NCBI RefSeq assembly: GCF_006345805.1
Contig: NC_043003.1
Coordinates: forward strand, 58,404,001-58,468,000
Direction: 5' to 3'
Length of the DNA stretch: 64,000 nt
From: Octopus sinensis
Lineage: Eukaryota
The notes under the pieces: generated by a model
The model's input: the letters and a program-made list of their open reading frames with translations, nothing else
What the model was told of the DNA's origin: nothing
Database searches by the model: none
Program-made: the position numbers and the translations under genes
Shown: positions 14,071 through 30,537 of the stretch, one piece after another
Layout of the letters: each line of letters starts with the position of its first letter
How positions within the stretch are numbered: the first letter of the stretch is position 1

Positions 14071-14625
14071 AATGGGATAAAGAAGAGAAACTGTGTACAG
14101 CAGTGGAAATTAACTGCCCAGCGGATGTTAACATAAAGTTGAAGATCAGTGAAAAAGAGAATACCTACGCTGAACTATTGAGAAATCTTCAGATGCTCTA
14201 TCCAGATTACAAGATCTGGTTTATACTTGTGATTATTGGGGCCCTGGGATATGTAACACATTGCCTAAATACCAATCTTGAGAAATTAGGCTTCTGAAAA
14301 CCAGAAAGGAGAAAGCTAATTCGAAGACTACAGATCCAGTCCATCACTGGAACTGTAAAAGTCTGTAAGACTTTCCAGAAGTTTATCATCTAAATATGTA
14401 TGAACATGTCTAGATATGCAACTATATGCATGAGAATACATACATAAAAAAACATACAAATCTGCACTTATACATACATACATACATACATACATACATA
14501 CATACATACATAAAAACAAAAATACCTTGTTGTCGATGTTGAAATTCCAATGAAGGAGCCTTGGATCTAGGTTAGAAACTGGCTTTTTCACTATTGGCAA
14601 GAAATCTTGAAATAAAACCAAATAA
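14071..14625 (+). mobile_element. 3' end of an RLE-type (R4-like) non-LTR retrotransposon
   Basis: WDKEEKLCTAVEINCPADVNI...YAELLRNLQMLYPDY..IIGALG...GTVKVCKTFQKF*. The 3' UTR ends in (AC)n. Confidence 0.8.
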
Positions 14626-14701
14626 CACACACACACACATACACACACACACACAACACACACACACACACACACACCACACACACACCCACACACCACA
14701 C

Positions 14702-14796
<95 letters not shown>

Positions 14797-15173
14797 AAAT
14801 GGTGAGGGATTATCAATCTGGTCAAAATATTTTATAAGCTCTCTGTTGGCACACCAGGCTAACAATATTATTTAGGTCAGTGAAGAACTCCAGGTAACCT
14901 TTTGATAAGGTCCCAAGGTCTGGTTTATCACAATTCTAAATTGTAAATCCGTGGATGGGCTTCCAATAAACTGGTTTTTAACAGAGTGATATATAATAGA
15001 TAAGTTAAAATAATGGTCATTGCATATAATTCCTTTATTATAGCGAATTTGGCTTACACCTGTTTCCAGTAGTCATAATAGACAAGTTTATTCAATTGGT
15101 CTCTTGATTAATTGAGGTAAATTGAAAGACCTAAGAAAATTAATGATACCTTCGTCAGAGTCATATATATATG

Positions 15174-15484
15174 TTGTTGTTGTTGTTTGTTCCTTCTCGA
15201 GCCATGTCTGGCTCATAAGGGCCGGTTTCCCGGTTTCCTTTGCGTATAGGTTCCCCACCTGGACGGGATGCCGGTCCGTCGCAGGTGAGCTGCATGATGC
15301 AGGAGGAAAGAGTGAGAGAAAGTTGTGGCGAAAGAGTCAGCAGAAGTTCGCCATTAACTTCTGCCGGAGCCGCGTGGAGCTTTGGCGTTTCGTTCATGAA
15401 CACACACATCGCCCGATCTGAGATTCGAACCCGCGATCTCTGGACCGTGAGTCTACTGCTCTAAACACTAGGCCATGTGCCTCC
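15174..15484 (-). mobile_element. tRNA-derived SINE with V-domain-like segment and (CAA)n tail
   Basis: A box TGGCCTAGTGTT and B box GGTTCGAATCTC. Internal CCTGCGACGGACCGGCATCCCGTCCAGG. Confidence 0.7.
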
Positions 15485-15506
15485 ACACACACACACCACA
15501 CACACA

Positions 15507-15537
<31 letters not shown>

Positions 15538-15560
15538 CAACACACACACACACACACACA

Positions 15561-15610
<50 letters not shown>

Positions 15611-15779
15611 TTTAAGTAAGGGTTTGTGAACTTGGTTATTTTCCAACTCATTACTATCTTTTCCTTTATCAGATTTGGTCTGATAGCATTTTTTACAATT
15701 GTCTTGCTTGTACTTTGTCGCCCAATTAAATGCATAGAAAAGGAATTTCTTGTAGCAACTAAATATTAACTAAATTTAA

Positions 15780-16770
15780 TGACTGGTGAGAAACATTTAC
15801 TCTAAACAACTTCGAACACGACCTAAAGACGGCACTGGAATGTTGCGTAAGATCTTCAGACATCTCTTTGATCTTGACCACAAACTTGGCCTTGATGTTG
15901 CAAGCAAAGCATTCGGTGGCCTTCTCAGCCGCGACACACTCATAGTAAACCCATGGGATTACAATCGAGAGAATTAGAAGGCCAGAAATTGGGGCTGGTG
16001 AAGCCGTAGAAATTTTCCAACAACTACTTCTGACTCTTTCCCGAGGCGTAACAAGGAACCGAATTCTGCTGCCACCCACATGGCCTTCCAGCAGCAACCC
16101 TCTCCAGCTAAGGTTTTAATACACTCTCCAGCAGTCTCACACAGCCGTCTTAATTGACCTTCAAGCCCTGATCAAAGACGTGGAGCGGTGTGACGTCTCC
16201 CTCACTGAAGACACATCAAAAGATCATCATATTTTGAGGAAAATTGGTTTTCACGATATATGGGCTATCACATATTTTCTAGACAAGCCACTTGTTCTGA
16301 ATACTGTGCGACTGGTCCTGGTCGAAGTCATTTTCATCCGAGAAGAATCAGATCATCCTCAGCTTAACAGTAGACATCAGCTTGTTCAAGATCTCCCTTG
16401 CCTTCGTCAAGAAGTTTACCTTGGCCTTAGCTGTCAGCATTTGTCCCTTGCCTCTCTTGTATGAGTGCTAGCGAAGGTCTTCATTCAAGGCCAGCTTCAA
16501 GGTAGTGACTCCACCTCCAATCTCTCTCTCCAAATCCCGGGTTCCTTGGCTCAGATATTCCACCCTGTAATTTTTTAATGAGCGCTGATGTACGGACGCA
16601 GTCAGAACGACTACTGTGTCCCTTCCTGCTGGCCATGGCTTCGTAGTTCCTTTTGCCGCTGTCCATGTTACGACTCACAACCTCTACAGTGTTCACAAAG
16701 CAGTGAACAGCAGCCATGGTGAGGGCATTTTGATACCCGATACGAATGATCACGATGTAACATAGTCCTC
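15780..16770 (-). mobile_element. Tc1/mariner transposase pseudogene, probably DD37D (maT)-like
   Basis: Degenerate motifs SYKRGKGQMLT, FFSDENDFDQDQ, SSEGDV, WQQNSVPC and FWPSNSLDCNPM, with multiple stops. Confidence 0.75.
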
Positions 16771-17489
16771 CTTGTCAACTAGCTCCTGCTTCTAGATATT
16801 TAAGGCTAGTCTTCTAAACGAGATGTAACGTATTTATCGCATTCCAAGAAAAGCTACAATTCCTGGCAATATTGCTGATATTTTCTAGCTTGCGAGATGG
16901 AGACCCATGCATAACAAAATGCTGGTAAAATGAGTATTTCTTCTCCAACTCAGTCCAACCACTCTTGGCTCACACACAGATAAAACAGTTGTACACTCAT
17001 GTATGTACATACATATTGTGTCTTAGCGGGGGTCATTCTTCAAATAAAAAAACCACATAAAGTTTCTATTTCACTTCTTTTTATCATTATTTGTCGTTAA
17101 TGAATCGTTTAACTAATCGGATGCTTGATTAATCGTGTGATCCATGATCAATCAACTAATTGCTTTATCAGGGTTCATCGTTATTCTAGAGGAAATCAAT
17201 AACGGTTTGGACACACCGTGACGGACTTGCAACAACAAAGGCACGTCCTTGATGAGGTCATGGATGGCAACGAAAGGACTTTGATAAACAAACTGATTGA
17301 TTTATTGATCAAACGACAAGACAAGCTATCGGTTAGTTAACTGGTTAATTAGTTTACCTGTTGGCTAATAATAAAAATAAGTGAAACAGAATCAATGTGT
17401 GGTTTTTATGGGCAAAACGGCTCCCCCAAGATGTATCTGCATGATTTGTTTTCAAAACAGATAAACGGAAGTTTAACACACACACACAC

Positions 17490-17551
<62 letters not shown>

Positions 17552-17822
17552 ATATATATGGCTGTTAAGACTACATAAACTATTGTGTAAATGCTAACAA
17601 AGCTAAATGTCAAGAAAAAAATAGAATAAAATATACTTTAAAAAATAAAGCAAAATTAATTTTATTGGTCACATTAAAACATTCCACCATGTTTAAGGAC
17701 CACAGTGTTCCATTTTCAACAACAATTGCTCGTATCCCAATTGTGGAAGGAAGCAATGATGGCTTCAAAAACAAGAACAGTCGATCTTAGAGAGGATTTT
17801 TCAAAAACTATTACGATTAATA

Positions 17823-18214
17823 CTCTTTCTCTTTTCTCTTTTACTTGTTTCAGTCATTTGATTGCGACCATGCTGGAGCACCACCTTGAGTCGAACAAAT
17901 CGACCCCCAGTACTTATTCTTTGTAAGCCTAGTACTTATTCTATCGGTCTTTCTTGCCGAACCGCTAAGTTACGGGGACGTAAACACACCAGCATCGGTT
18001 GTCAAGCGATGCTGGGGGGACAAACACAGACACACATATATACATATATACGACGGGCTTCTTTCAGTTTCTGTCTACCAAATCCACTCACAAGGCTTTG
18101 GTCGGCCCGAGGCTATAGTAAAAGACACTTGTCCAAGGTGCCCCGCAGTGGGACTGAACCCAGAACCATGTGGCTGGTAAGCAAGCTACTTACCACACAG
18201 CCACTCCTGCGCCT
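17823..18214 (-). mobile_element. SINE family B, full length
   Basis: Colinear with 1789-2178. Confidence 0.85.
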
Positions 18215-18289
18215 GTCAATTATCCTGATAAAAATCTTTGAAAAACAATGAGATTAAAGCCTCGTTTTCTTAAAGTGGACGAAGGTTGA

Positions 18290-20710
<2,421 letters not shown>

Positions 20711-20738
20711 CTGACATTCATTATATATCTATAGAGTT

Positions 20739-20824
<86 letters not shown>

Positions 20825-20849
20825 TGCATATATATATATAATATATATA

Positions 20850-20889
<40 letters not shown>

Positions 20890-20937
20890 TATATACATAT
20901 ATATATATGTATATATATATATGTATATATATATACA

Positions 20938-20971
<34 letters not shown>

Positions 20972-22753
20972 CGTACGGGTGTATAAAATGGATGTACAAT
21001 AATATATATATATGTATGTATGAGGTGTGTGTGTGTGTGTATGTACGTACGTACGTATATGCATTCATGTGTTCTGTTTTTGCAATAAATTATGAATAAA
21101 TAAGATTATAACCGGAAAATATTATGAAAATAAAATGAAAAGTAAACGACAATGCAAATAAAAACATCAATAATTTTTTTTTTTGTACCACCCTGAAAAC
21201 ACTCTTCATGCACCCCGCATACTATTTTTCTTTTTCATCTTTTACGTCTTCGTTCATTTTTTTTTTTTGTCCGTGGTCTTCTCCCCCACTTCTTTCCTTC
21301 CTCATCACCTCACCTCTTATATAACCGCTTTTTGTTTCATTTCATTTTTTCACTTCTTCAGCGCCAACAACGTTGATGTTCTATGTTCTAGGCCTTTACG
21401 CCGCATGTTGTGACTTGCATTATTATTATTGTTAACGATATTGCTATTGGCGGTGATATTCCTACTATGGCTTCTTTTTTTTTTGTCTGTATGTGTTGTC
21501 GTTCTTGTGATGATATTGATCAAATTGTTGTTGTTGTTGTAATCCTTAGTGATTGCCGCGATAAATAAGTAATGTTCAACGAAACACAAAAAAAACCTTA
21601 CCGTATAAGTTACGGGACTTTATGAGTTGTTGCTGCTCATTGATTTCACTTACAGTATATACTGATCGATTTAATTTATATGTCTTGCTACACAACTAGC
21701 AATGCCGACCACACGAACAAGACTTCTAGTCATGATACCGCCACGAGAAAAAAAAAAAAAAAAGCAACAACAAAACAAAAAAAAAATAAAGATAAAACAG
21801 AAAGCTCCTTTAATAAAATGGAAATGTGAGTGAGTTAAGGAGCTGCTATGTGGTTGATTAATTTGTGAGAAATATCGACCAAATTTCCCTCAAATCGCGG
21901 CCCACCGTCTTAAAAGGACATATTTCTTATTCCCAACAGGTATCATTTGTTTTATGGGGAAGGGTGTAATCGATTCTTTCGACTCCATTATTTGACTGGC
22001 ACTTTATTGTATCGACCTCGAAAGGAATAAAGGGCAAAGGTGATCGTTGTGAGATTTGACCTCAAAGCGTAAAGAACAAGGATGAATAATAGTTTCAAAT
22101 TTTGACACAAGGCCAGCAATTTTAGGGGAGAGCCTAAGTCGATTAAGTTGACTCCCAGTGCTCAACTGGTACTTATTTCATCGACCCTGAAAAGATGAAA
22201 GGCTAAGTCGATCTTGACGGAATTTGAACTCAGGATGTAAAGACGAACGAAAATGCCGCTAAGTATTTCGCCCGGCATGCTAACGATTCTGCCAGCCCGC
22301 CCCGCTCTTAACCAAAAAAAAAGTAATAATAATAATAATATTAGAACAATTTTTGCCAATCCACCAACTTTAATAGCCCTACATTAAATATTGTAGTGCT
22401 TAAGATTCTATGAGAAGATGTAGTCCTAGATACACTGTACCTGAGTCTTGAACAGTTTTGATCATAGATCGGCTGGATCAGGACCCGTATTTAAAAACAA
22501 CAACAAAAGCCAGCCAGCCAGACAGACAGCAAAGAAGCTTCTTTACTGGTGGTTCTCAGCCGTTTTTTTGCCTGTAGCCCCTTTGGTTCCTATTTGAATC
22601 TACTGTACCCTCAAGAAGCTCGCTTCCCAACCACATGGTTCCAGGTTCAGTCCGACTGCGTGGCATTTTGAGCAAGTGACTTCTACTATAGCCTCGGGCC
22701 TACAAAAGCCTTGTGAGCGGATTTGGTAGACGGAAACTGAAAGAAGCCCGTCG

Positions 22754-22784
<31 letters not shown>

Positions 22785-22975
22785 GGGGGGAGAGTTCACG
22801 AAAAAAACAACTGACGAAGACAGGTGGTGTAAAAAACAAACAGGTGTATTAGTATAATGCTCAGGAATAGAAAAAGTCTTTTACGTTTCGAGCCTACGCT
22901 CTTGTACAGAAAGGGACACAGAAAAAAAACAAGGAGAAAAACAAGGAGAGAGAAAAATGTGTGTAGTGGCTACCG

Positions 22976-22976
<1 letters not shown>
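22785..22976 (-). mobile_element. PLE pLTR-like module with minimal hammerhead motif (22878-22913), inserted in the internal (TA)n of a SINE
   Basis: CUUU-CUGUACA-A-GAGC GUAG GCUC-GAAA-CG-UA-AAAG. Homologous to the copies at 43.1 kb and 59.2 kb. Confidence 0.55.
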
Positions 22977-23053
<77 letters not shown>

Positions 23054-23947
23054 GTATGTGTATGTGTCTGTATTTGTGTCTCCCATCACCGCTTGACAAC
23101 CGGTGTTGGTGTGTTTACGTCCCCATAACTTAGCGGTTCAGCAAAAGAGCCCGATAGAATAAAGTACGATACTTAAAAAAATAAGTGCTGGAGACGATTT
23201 GTTTTTCTACTAAAATTCTTCAAGGCGGTGCTCCAGCATAGCCACAATCAAATGACTGAAACAAATAAAAGAATAATTAAATGTTATCAGAAATTGTTAA
23301 AATATTTTGTGTATTATCGAAGTGTAACCAATTTATTGCACATAAACTTTAACAAGATCTTATATGGACCCACTCAAGGGCCCTATGGTCCTCAGTTGGG
23401 GACCACTGCTCTATACGGCCTCTCACCTTGATCGTCGTAGCAACTAAATCTACACTAAAGACGAGTCAATGGGGGGAGGACTTCAAATTGGTTGTTCGGC
23501 CTGCTAGAAATAGCAGCTAAATTTCGCTGAAATCGCCGTATCAGGACAAATATTTCCCGACGACAACTACCCCCTAGGACAACGGCTGCAACACTAAAAG
23601 AAGCCCTTATGTAGTTGCTGCCTGTTGATTGTAACTGCCAGATTTGAAACAACGAAATCCATCATCATCAACATCATCATCATCATCATCATCCTTTCTA
23701 CCAAAGGCAGAAAAAACCTGAAATTTGGGGTGGGGGAAGGGGACTAGTCGATTACATCGGCCCCAGGGTTTTACTGGTACTTAATTTGGCGAGTCCGAAA
23801 GGATGAAAGGCAAAGTCGACTTCGGTGAAATTTGAAACCTAGAAAGTAGTGACGGGCGAAACACCACTAAGCATTTCGTCCAGCGTGCTAACGATTCTGC
23901 CAGCTAACCGCCTTTCATCATCATCAATATCATCGTCATCATCATCC

Positions 23948-23995
<48 letters not shown>

Positions 23996-25092
23996 ACATT
24001 ATTATCATCGTCATCATCATCAACAACAACACCAGCAACAACAAAAAAATCCCAGACATTACTGTCTTGAGTGCTAGGGCTGACGGGGCTGGTTACCCAG
24101 TTTCCCTGGCTTATAGGTGGCCGAGATCACAACACTCCATCCCCCACCCCACCCCACCCCGCCCCGCCCCTGAACGGGACACCAGTCCTTCGCAGGGTTA
24201 TCTCATTTACAAGTGAGTAGAGTAGATCAACATAAAATGAAGCGTTTTGATTGAGAACACAACAACACACTGCCCGATACGGGAATTGAAACTACGATCA
24301 TGCGATCGTGAGCACAACACCTTAACCACCAGGTCGTGAACCATCTTTAAATCAGGTAAGCCGAGCTTGTGAGCTTTACATTGATCAATGCCGTTAGCAT
24401 ATATATATTTCCAACCAATTTCTTACTGCCTTTGAAGCTCGCTGCATTAAACCATGTTAGTATTACTAATATGCACTAAAAATAAAAGCTATGGTTAGTA
24501 AAATTGATCGAACGAAAGATTCGATCAGTTATTCTTGTGCAATAAGATTAATCAATTAAACTTGATCAAAGCGACCACCGCCACCAACCACTATCAACAC
24601 CACCATAGCCAACGCCATCACCACCAGCACCACTATTACCACCACTATCAACAACAGCAACGACGATGACGATGACGATGACGACAGCGACAAGGAAACA
24701 AAGGAGTTTCTATGTGGTTTATTTGCCTTTTAGAAATAGTAGCTAAATCTCCCTCAAATCATGCTGAAGCGTCTTTAAAAAGGGAAGAAAGAACACAAGT
24801 ACCTGAAAAAAAAAAACTAGTTAGTATGGTCATGGTGGGAAGGTCTTTGATCAGTGTTTGCTCGATTGGGGCTGGCTTTGGACTGAACACCAACAACAAA
24901 AACGGACTAAAAAGAACGCTTACGTGGCTGATGAAGTAGCTAGAAATAGCAACCTCAAATTACACACGATTGTATTCAAGAAGGGCATGTTAGATCATGG
25001 GGTTCCAGATTCATAGGAAAAATACAGAAAAGCCATGGTTAGAATGCCTTTGATCATATGTCTTCTCAATAAGAGCTAATCTGGGGCTAATT

Positions 25093-25890
25093 CTTTTCTA
25101 CTCTGGGCACAAGGCCCGAAATTTTGGAGGAAGGCGCCAGTCGATTAGATCGACCCCATTACGCAACTGGTACTGAATATATCGACCCCGAATGAATGAA
25201 ATGCATAGTCGACCTCGGCGGAATTTGAACTCAGAGCATAAAAGACAAACGAAATAACGCTAAGCATTTCGCCCAGCGTGCTAACGTTTCTTATTTCTTT
25301 ACTGCCCACAAGGGGCTACACATAGAGGGGACAAACAAGGATACACAAACGGATTAAGTCGATTATATCGACCTCAGAGCGTAACTGGTACTTATTTAAT
25401 CGACCCCGAAAGGATGAAAGACAAAGTCGACCCCGGCGGAATTTGAACTCAGAACGTAGCAGCAGACAACATACCTATTTTTTTACTACCCACAAGGGGC
25501 TACAGAATAGGACAAACAAGAACAGACAAGCGGATTAAGTCGATTATATCGACCTCAGTGCGTAACTGGTACTTATTTAATCGACCCCGAAAGGATGAAA
25601 GGCAAAGTCGACCTCGGCGGAATTTGAACTCAGAACGTAACGGCAGACGAAATACTTATTTCTTTATTACCCACAAGGAGCTAAACATAGAGGAGACAAA
25701 CATGGACAGACATAGGTATTAAGTCGATTATATCGATCCCAGTGCTTAACTGGTACTTAATTTATCGACCCCGAAAGGATGAAAAGCAAAGTCGACCTCG
25801 GCGGAATTTGAACTCAGAACGTAACGGCAGACGAAATGCTGCTAAGCATTTCGCCCTGCGTGCTAAAGTTTCTGACAGCTCGCCGCCTTT
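25093..25890 (-). mobile_element. SINE family A tetramer with 17-bp TSD
   Basis: Four body units of about 180-200 bp. CTAATCTGGGGCTAATT at 25076-25092 and 25891-25907. Confidence 0.88.
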
Positions 25891-28099
25891 CTAATCTGGG
25901 GCTAATTAACAACAACAAACACTAACAGCGAGTGAACGTGATTGCTTCATTTGCAAGAAATAACAACCAAATTTTCCTTAAATTACGTCGGAAGAAGTAT
26001 GGATGCAATGGCCAGTGGAATAATTGCTATACAAAGTGGAAAGATAATCATAACGATAGTCACGACTGGAACGCCTTGATCGTAGGTTTGCTCAATCAAA
26101 GTTGAGCCAAGAAAAAACAATACAAACAAGCCAATGCGGGTCCCTGTTGTGGTCGTTCGACCAGCAAGAAATAGTAGCAAATTCATACACGGACTACAAT
26201 TCATCATGGAAGACCAACTGACCCTCCGTCGGTTACGACAGAAAGGGTTCCTGTTGATCTGACCAACAGAACATCCTGCTCGTGAAATTGGCGTGCAAGC
26301 AGCTGAGCACTTCATAGACACGCGGACCCTTAACGTAGTTGTTCTCAGGGAGATTCAGCGCAATTGTGTGCTTCTCTGTACGTTTGTGATCCAATGGATG
26401 TATGCGAATGAATCGTGTGCACTGTTTGTGCGTGTGTGTATGTATGTATGTATGTATGTATGTATGTATGTATGTATGTATGTATGTATGTATGTATGTA
26501 TGTATGTATGTATGTATGTATGCATGCGTGTATGCATGTACGTATGTGTGTATATACGTATATAAGTACTATGTAAGTACGTATGTATGTATGCATGCCA
26601 TGTATGTATGTATGTATGTATGTATGTATGTATGTATGTATGTATGTATGTATGTATATCTTGAGTAGGACTCTTTATTTCATGTTACTCAAGTCCACTC
26701 AGCTGGCAAAAATTAGTTGTACTTGTATTTCGAAGGGCCAGTTTTTCATGTTTTGTGTCTCACTGTATCTCCCTGAGAATTACATTATGGGTACGCCTAG
26801 CTGCACGTTAATTTCACGAGCAGACTGTTCCATTAATCGGATCAACTAGAACCCTCATCGTCGCAATCGACGGAGTGCCAGAAAATGCGTGTTTGCTCGA
26901 CCGTGTTTGTGTTATATTTATGTTTATGTAAAACTGGTGGTGTATAAAAAAACCAAATAATAATTAACAAAAACTGTAATTTATCGATAAAATAAGTAAG
27001 ATCTTGGAGTAACTATCGGAATTGATACAACTGAACCTAGCACAAACATAAAAACAAAATGAACACGTACAGAACTATACGATCGAGCGGTGTTTTAAAA
27101 ATGTACCGCATGCTGTGTTGGTAGAAGCGAGCAAGAGAACTGACTGTTACAGTTACGGGGGAATCCGTTAATCGTTGCTGTCTAATTATACCTGCATATA
27201 TACTTGTTAGTGGAGACTGAGCGGTTACTAAATTAAACATTAGTAATCTATCAATATCACTGTCCTGAACTAGTCACCCATCCATTCCAAGTACATAGTT
27301 AGTCACTCAAGCGATCAGCACGAGTTCTATGGATCGATTCACATCAAAGATATATACGTATCGTATATATATATATATATCGTTATCGTCTAAATTGTAT
27401 TTGCTTACATATGTGTATATGTTATTGATTCTGCCTGTGTGAGCGCATGATACTTTAAAGGTCCTGTTACGAATTAGAGCAACGTTTAATAACACACCGC
27501 TAATTGGATAAACGAAAATCCATCAGGTTACCGATGACCCAAACGTACCATCGATGATAATTAAGTTGATTGGCACGGAGATAATTAGTGTTACACAATA
27601 TGTGTGCGAACGAATAAATGTGTGTATATACATACATGCATACATATATATGTATCTCTCTCTCTCTCTTTCTCTGTATATCAGGTTATCCCATAAGTTC
27701 TGTCCGAGTTTACCTTTTTTAAAATTGAATGAAATTTAATAGTATTTTAGAATGTCCTGTGGAATTAAAAATTATTGTTATGCATTTGTGTACGTTTAGA
27801 CTAATTAAATATTATTTTACAGAATAATAGAATTAAAATTTCGGATCTTTTCACTTTGACCGGCAGATTTTTTTAATAATTTCTTTGTAATTAAACACTT
27901 TTAAACTTCATATACTGGTAGAATGTGTTACATAAAACATCTTTTTCTCTTGGCTTTCTTGAGAAAATTCTGTAGTTTGTAAGCTATTTCTTGTTAAATT
28001 TCTTGCGTTTCGGCAATTTCAACCAATCAATGACGTCTATTGAGGTGAATACATATGTATGTATGTATGTATGTATGTATAGGTGCAGGAGTGGTTATG

Positions 28100-28830
28100 T
28101 AGCAATATTTTAATTTGTTAATTTTTCGGTTAGTTCTTTTTATTTTTCTGATAATCGTTTTTCTGTTTTGATGAAATCTGCACTTAGTTTTCTTCACAAG
28201 TCTTAGCGGGGTGTGTTTTGCACATATGTCTGTGACAGTGTCAACAAAGATCTACCAAGATATTTTGATGCTGGAGACGGTGTGTGCATGTGTGAAAGAC
28301 CAATCAACATGTGATAGCTCGTGCATGATTGCATCCCAGTCGGCATCATAGAGACTCATGGTATAAAATGGGTTGGATTGGAGAGAGGTCACTAGGGTTA
28401 GCTTTCGGCTGGTGGAATCTCAGGTTACAAAGAACTATGTCATGGTCTGAAAGAAGGGCTTTTTTTCCACTGTAATATTATGTATAGTGTTAGTGTGGCT
28501 ACTAAACATCAGGTCTAAAATATTCTGATATCTTGTTGGTGCAAGGACAAGTTGGGACAAGAAAAACTCATTCTTAAAGTCGAGAAGTGACTCTACTGCT
28601 TCTTTCTCAGTAGTTGAGGTGGGAGTGTCTAGTTTCAAACTGTTGGTAGACCAATCAACACAGGGTAGATTAAAATCTCCCATCATAAGTATGTTAGTAG
28701 AATGGAATTGTTGTGTAAAGAACTTAATGCTGTTGAGGCATTCTTTAAAGCGCAGTACGGGTGTTTGAGGTGGCCTATAGAGCCCAACTACTATCAGGTC
28801 ATTGGTTTTGTTGTGACCGATTCACTGTAG
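28100..28830 (-). mobile_element. CR1/L2-like LINE fragment, AP-endonuclease domain
   Basis: MMGDFNLPCVDW...FLSQLVLAPTRYQNILDLMFS...SDHDIV. Confidence 0.8.
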
Positions 28831-29515
28831 CCATTGGAGAATGTCATATTTCCATCTACTTTAAAGGAATCATGCAGGAAAATGGCAGTTCTAGCCTTCC
28901 TTCTGTCGATTCGATCCGCGCGAAGTTGTCAAGGTGGATCTCGATAAGAATGAAGAAAGGGATGTTTTGTGCGTTGACGGAGGGACTGACACCTTATGCA
29001 TTGAGTAGAAACGTAGAGGCCAGCGTAGTGGCAGGTTTTGACTATTGCAGGGGGCTTTTTTTCTGACTGTGTATTAGTGACAGCAATGTGTGTGTGTGTG
29101 GGGGGTGCACTGGAGTAATAGCATAGGAGGTAGTGAGTGACTGCTAAAAGGTCTTTTGTGTCTCTTTTGTCAGGTTCAAATATACATACATACTGTATAT
29201 ATATATATATATATATATAATATACCTATGAAGATGAAATATATAAAATATGATATATAACATACATATACATATAAAGATGTACATGCATATATATGTA
29301 TATATATATGTATATATATATACACACACACACATACAAAGTTATATTCATTTTTACATACAAGTTAATATTTATACATACATGTGTGAGTATATACATG
29401 TATATATATATATATATATACACATACATACATATACATATGTATACACACACACAGTTATATTTTTGTTTACATACATACATACATACATACATATATG
29501 TGTGTGTGTGTGTTT

Positions 29516-29568
<53 letters not shown>

Positions 29569-30281
29569 TGTGCGTGTGTTTACATTTCCAAGTTGATTAT
29601 TCCTTAGGTTATTGATATTTTCTCTTTTATGTATTTGCCACGTATGTTTCCGACTACGTTCAATAAATTCTGTTCAATACGTTTAGATCACTGGTCGATT
29701 TCAATGTTTTATGGTTTTTCAGTTCTATAGTTCTTGGGATACCAATATCCGTTTTGATGATATTTCTCTTTCTATATTTCATTTTTCTCATCCTCTCGGA
29801 TTCTTAGCGATAAATCTGTAACTATTTATATTTAAGATTTGATGTTCACAATTTTTTGTTTTAGATATCAACAAGCAGGTGTAGAAAAGATGGACATGCT
29901 ACAATGATGTTTTGCTCTTGCTTCTTGTCTCAATTTCCAGGCAGAGTCTATGTTTTTAACGCTGTTGACGCCAAGAGATTAGTTGGTGCTGCCTAGGTGT
30001 CGAAATCGTAATGATCTCCGTTCAGCAGTTGAGGTCGGGATCTATTTGTTTGACGCGATTGTTGACTGTGGACCTTTTGTATTTTGTGTAAAGTTTTCCA
30101 ACTGAAATTCTAATTTTTGTAAGATTAGACTTGCTCACAGTTTTTGGTTTCTTGGTTTATAGTGGTTTTGTTGTATATTTTATACCAAACATTGTTATTG
30201 CGTTAATGTTCTTCACTAGAATTTAATTCTGGTTAGGCTAATTCTTGTTTAAAGATTTGTAGTTGATTGAGGTTTTATTGC

Positions 30282-30337
<56 letters not shown>

Positions 30338-30473
30338 ATGTATGTATGTATATGCATGTATATGTGTGTGTATGTATATACCTATATATTCTGTTACTTA
30401 TTTCAGTCAGTTGACTGCGGCCGTGCTGGAGCAGCGCCTTTTAGTCGAGCAAACTGACCCCAGTCACACACAA

Positions 30474-30537
<64 letters not shown>

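Noticed and set aside
14545-14590. CCAATGA..AGCCT/AGGTT..GAAAC hammerhead-like string in a LINE 3' UTR; similar weak strings near 29685-29730, 45650-45730 and 59085-59115
   Set aside because: Stem I or the core is missing or too degenerate to distinguish from chance.
21656-21826. Possible exon (cttacAG ... aat/GTGAGT) with ATG CCG ACC...
   Set aside because: It is dominated by poly-A runs and gives no recognisable peptide, so it is unsupported without RNA data.
25093-25890. Repeat-spacer appearance suggesting a CRISPR array
   Set aside because: The units are 180-200 bp SINE bodies without unique spacers, in a eukaryotic context.
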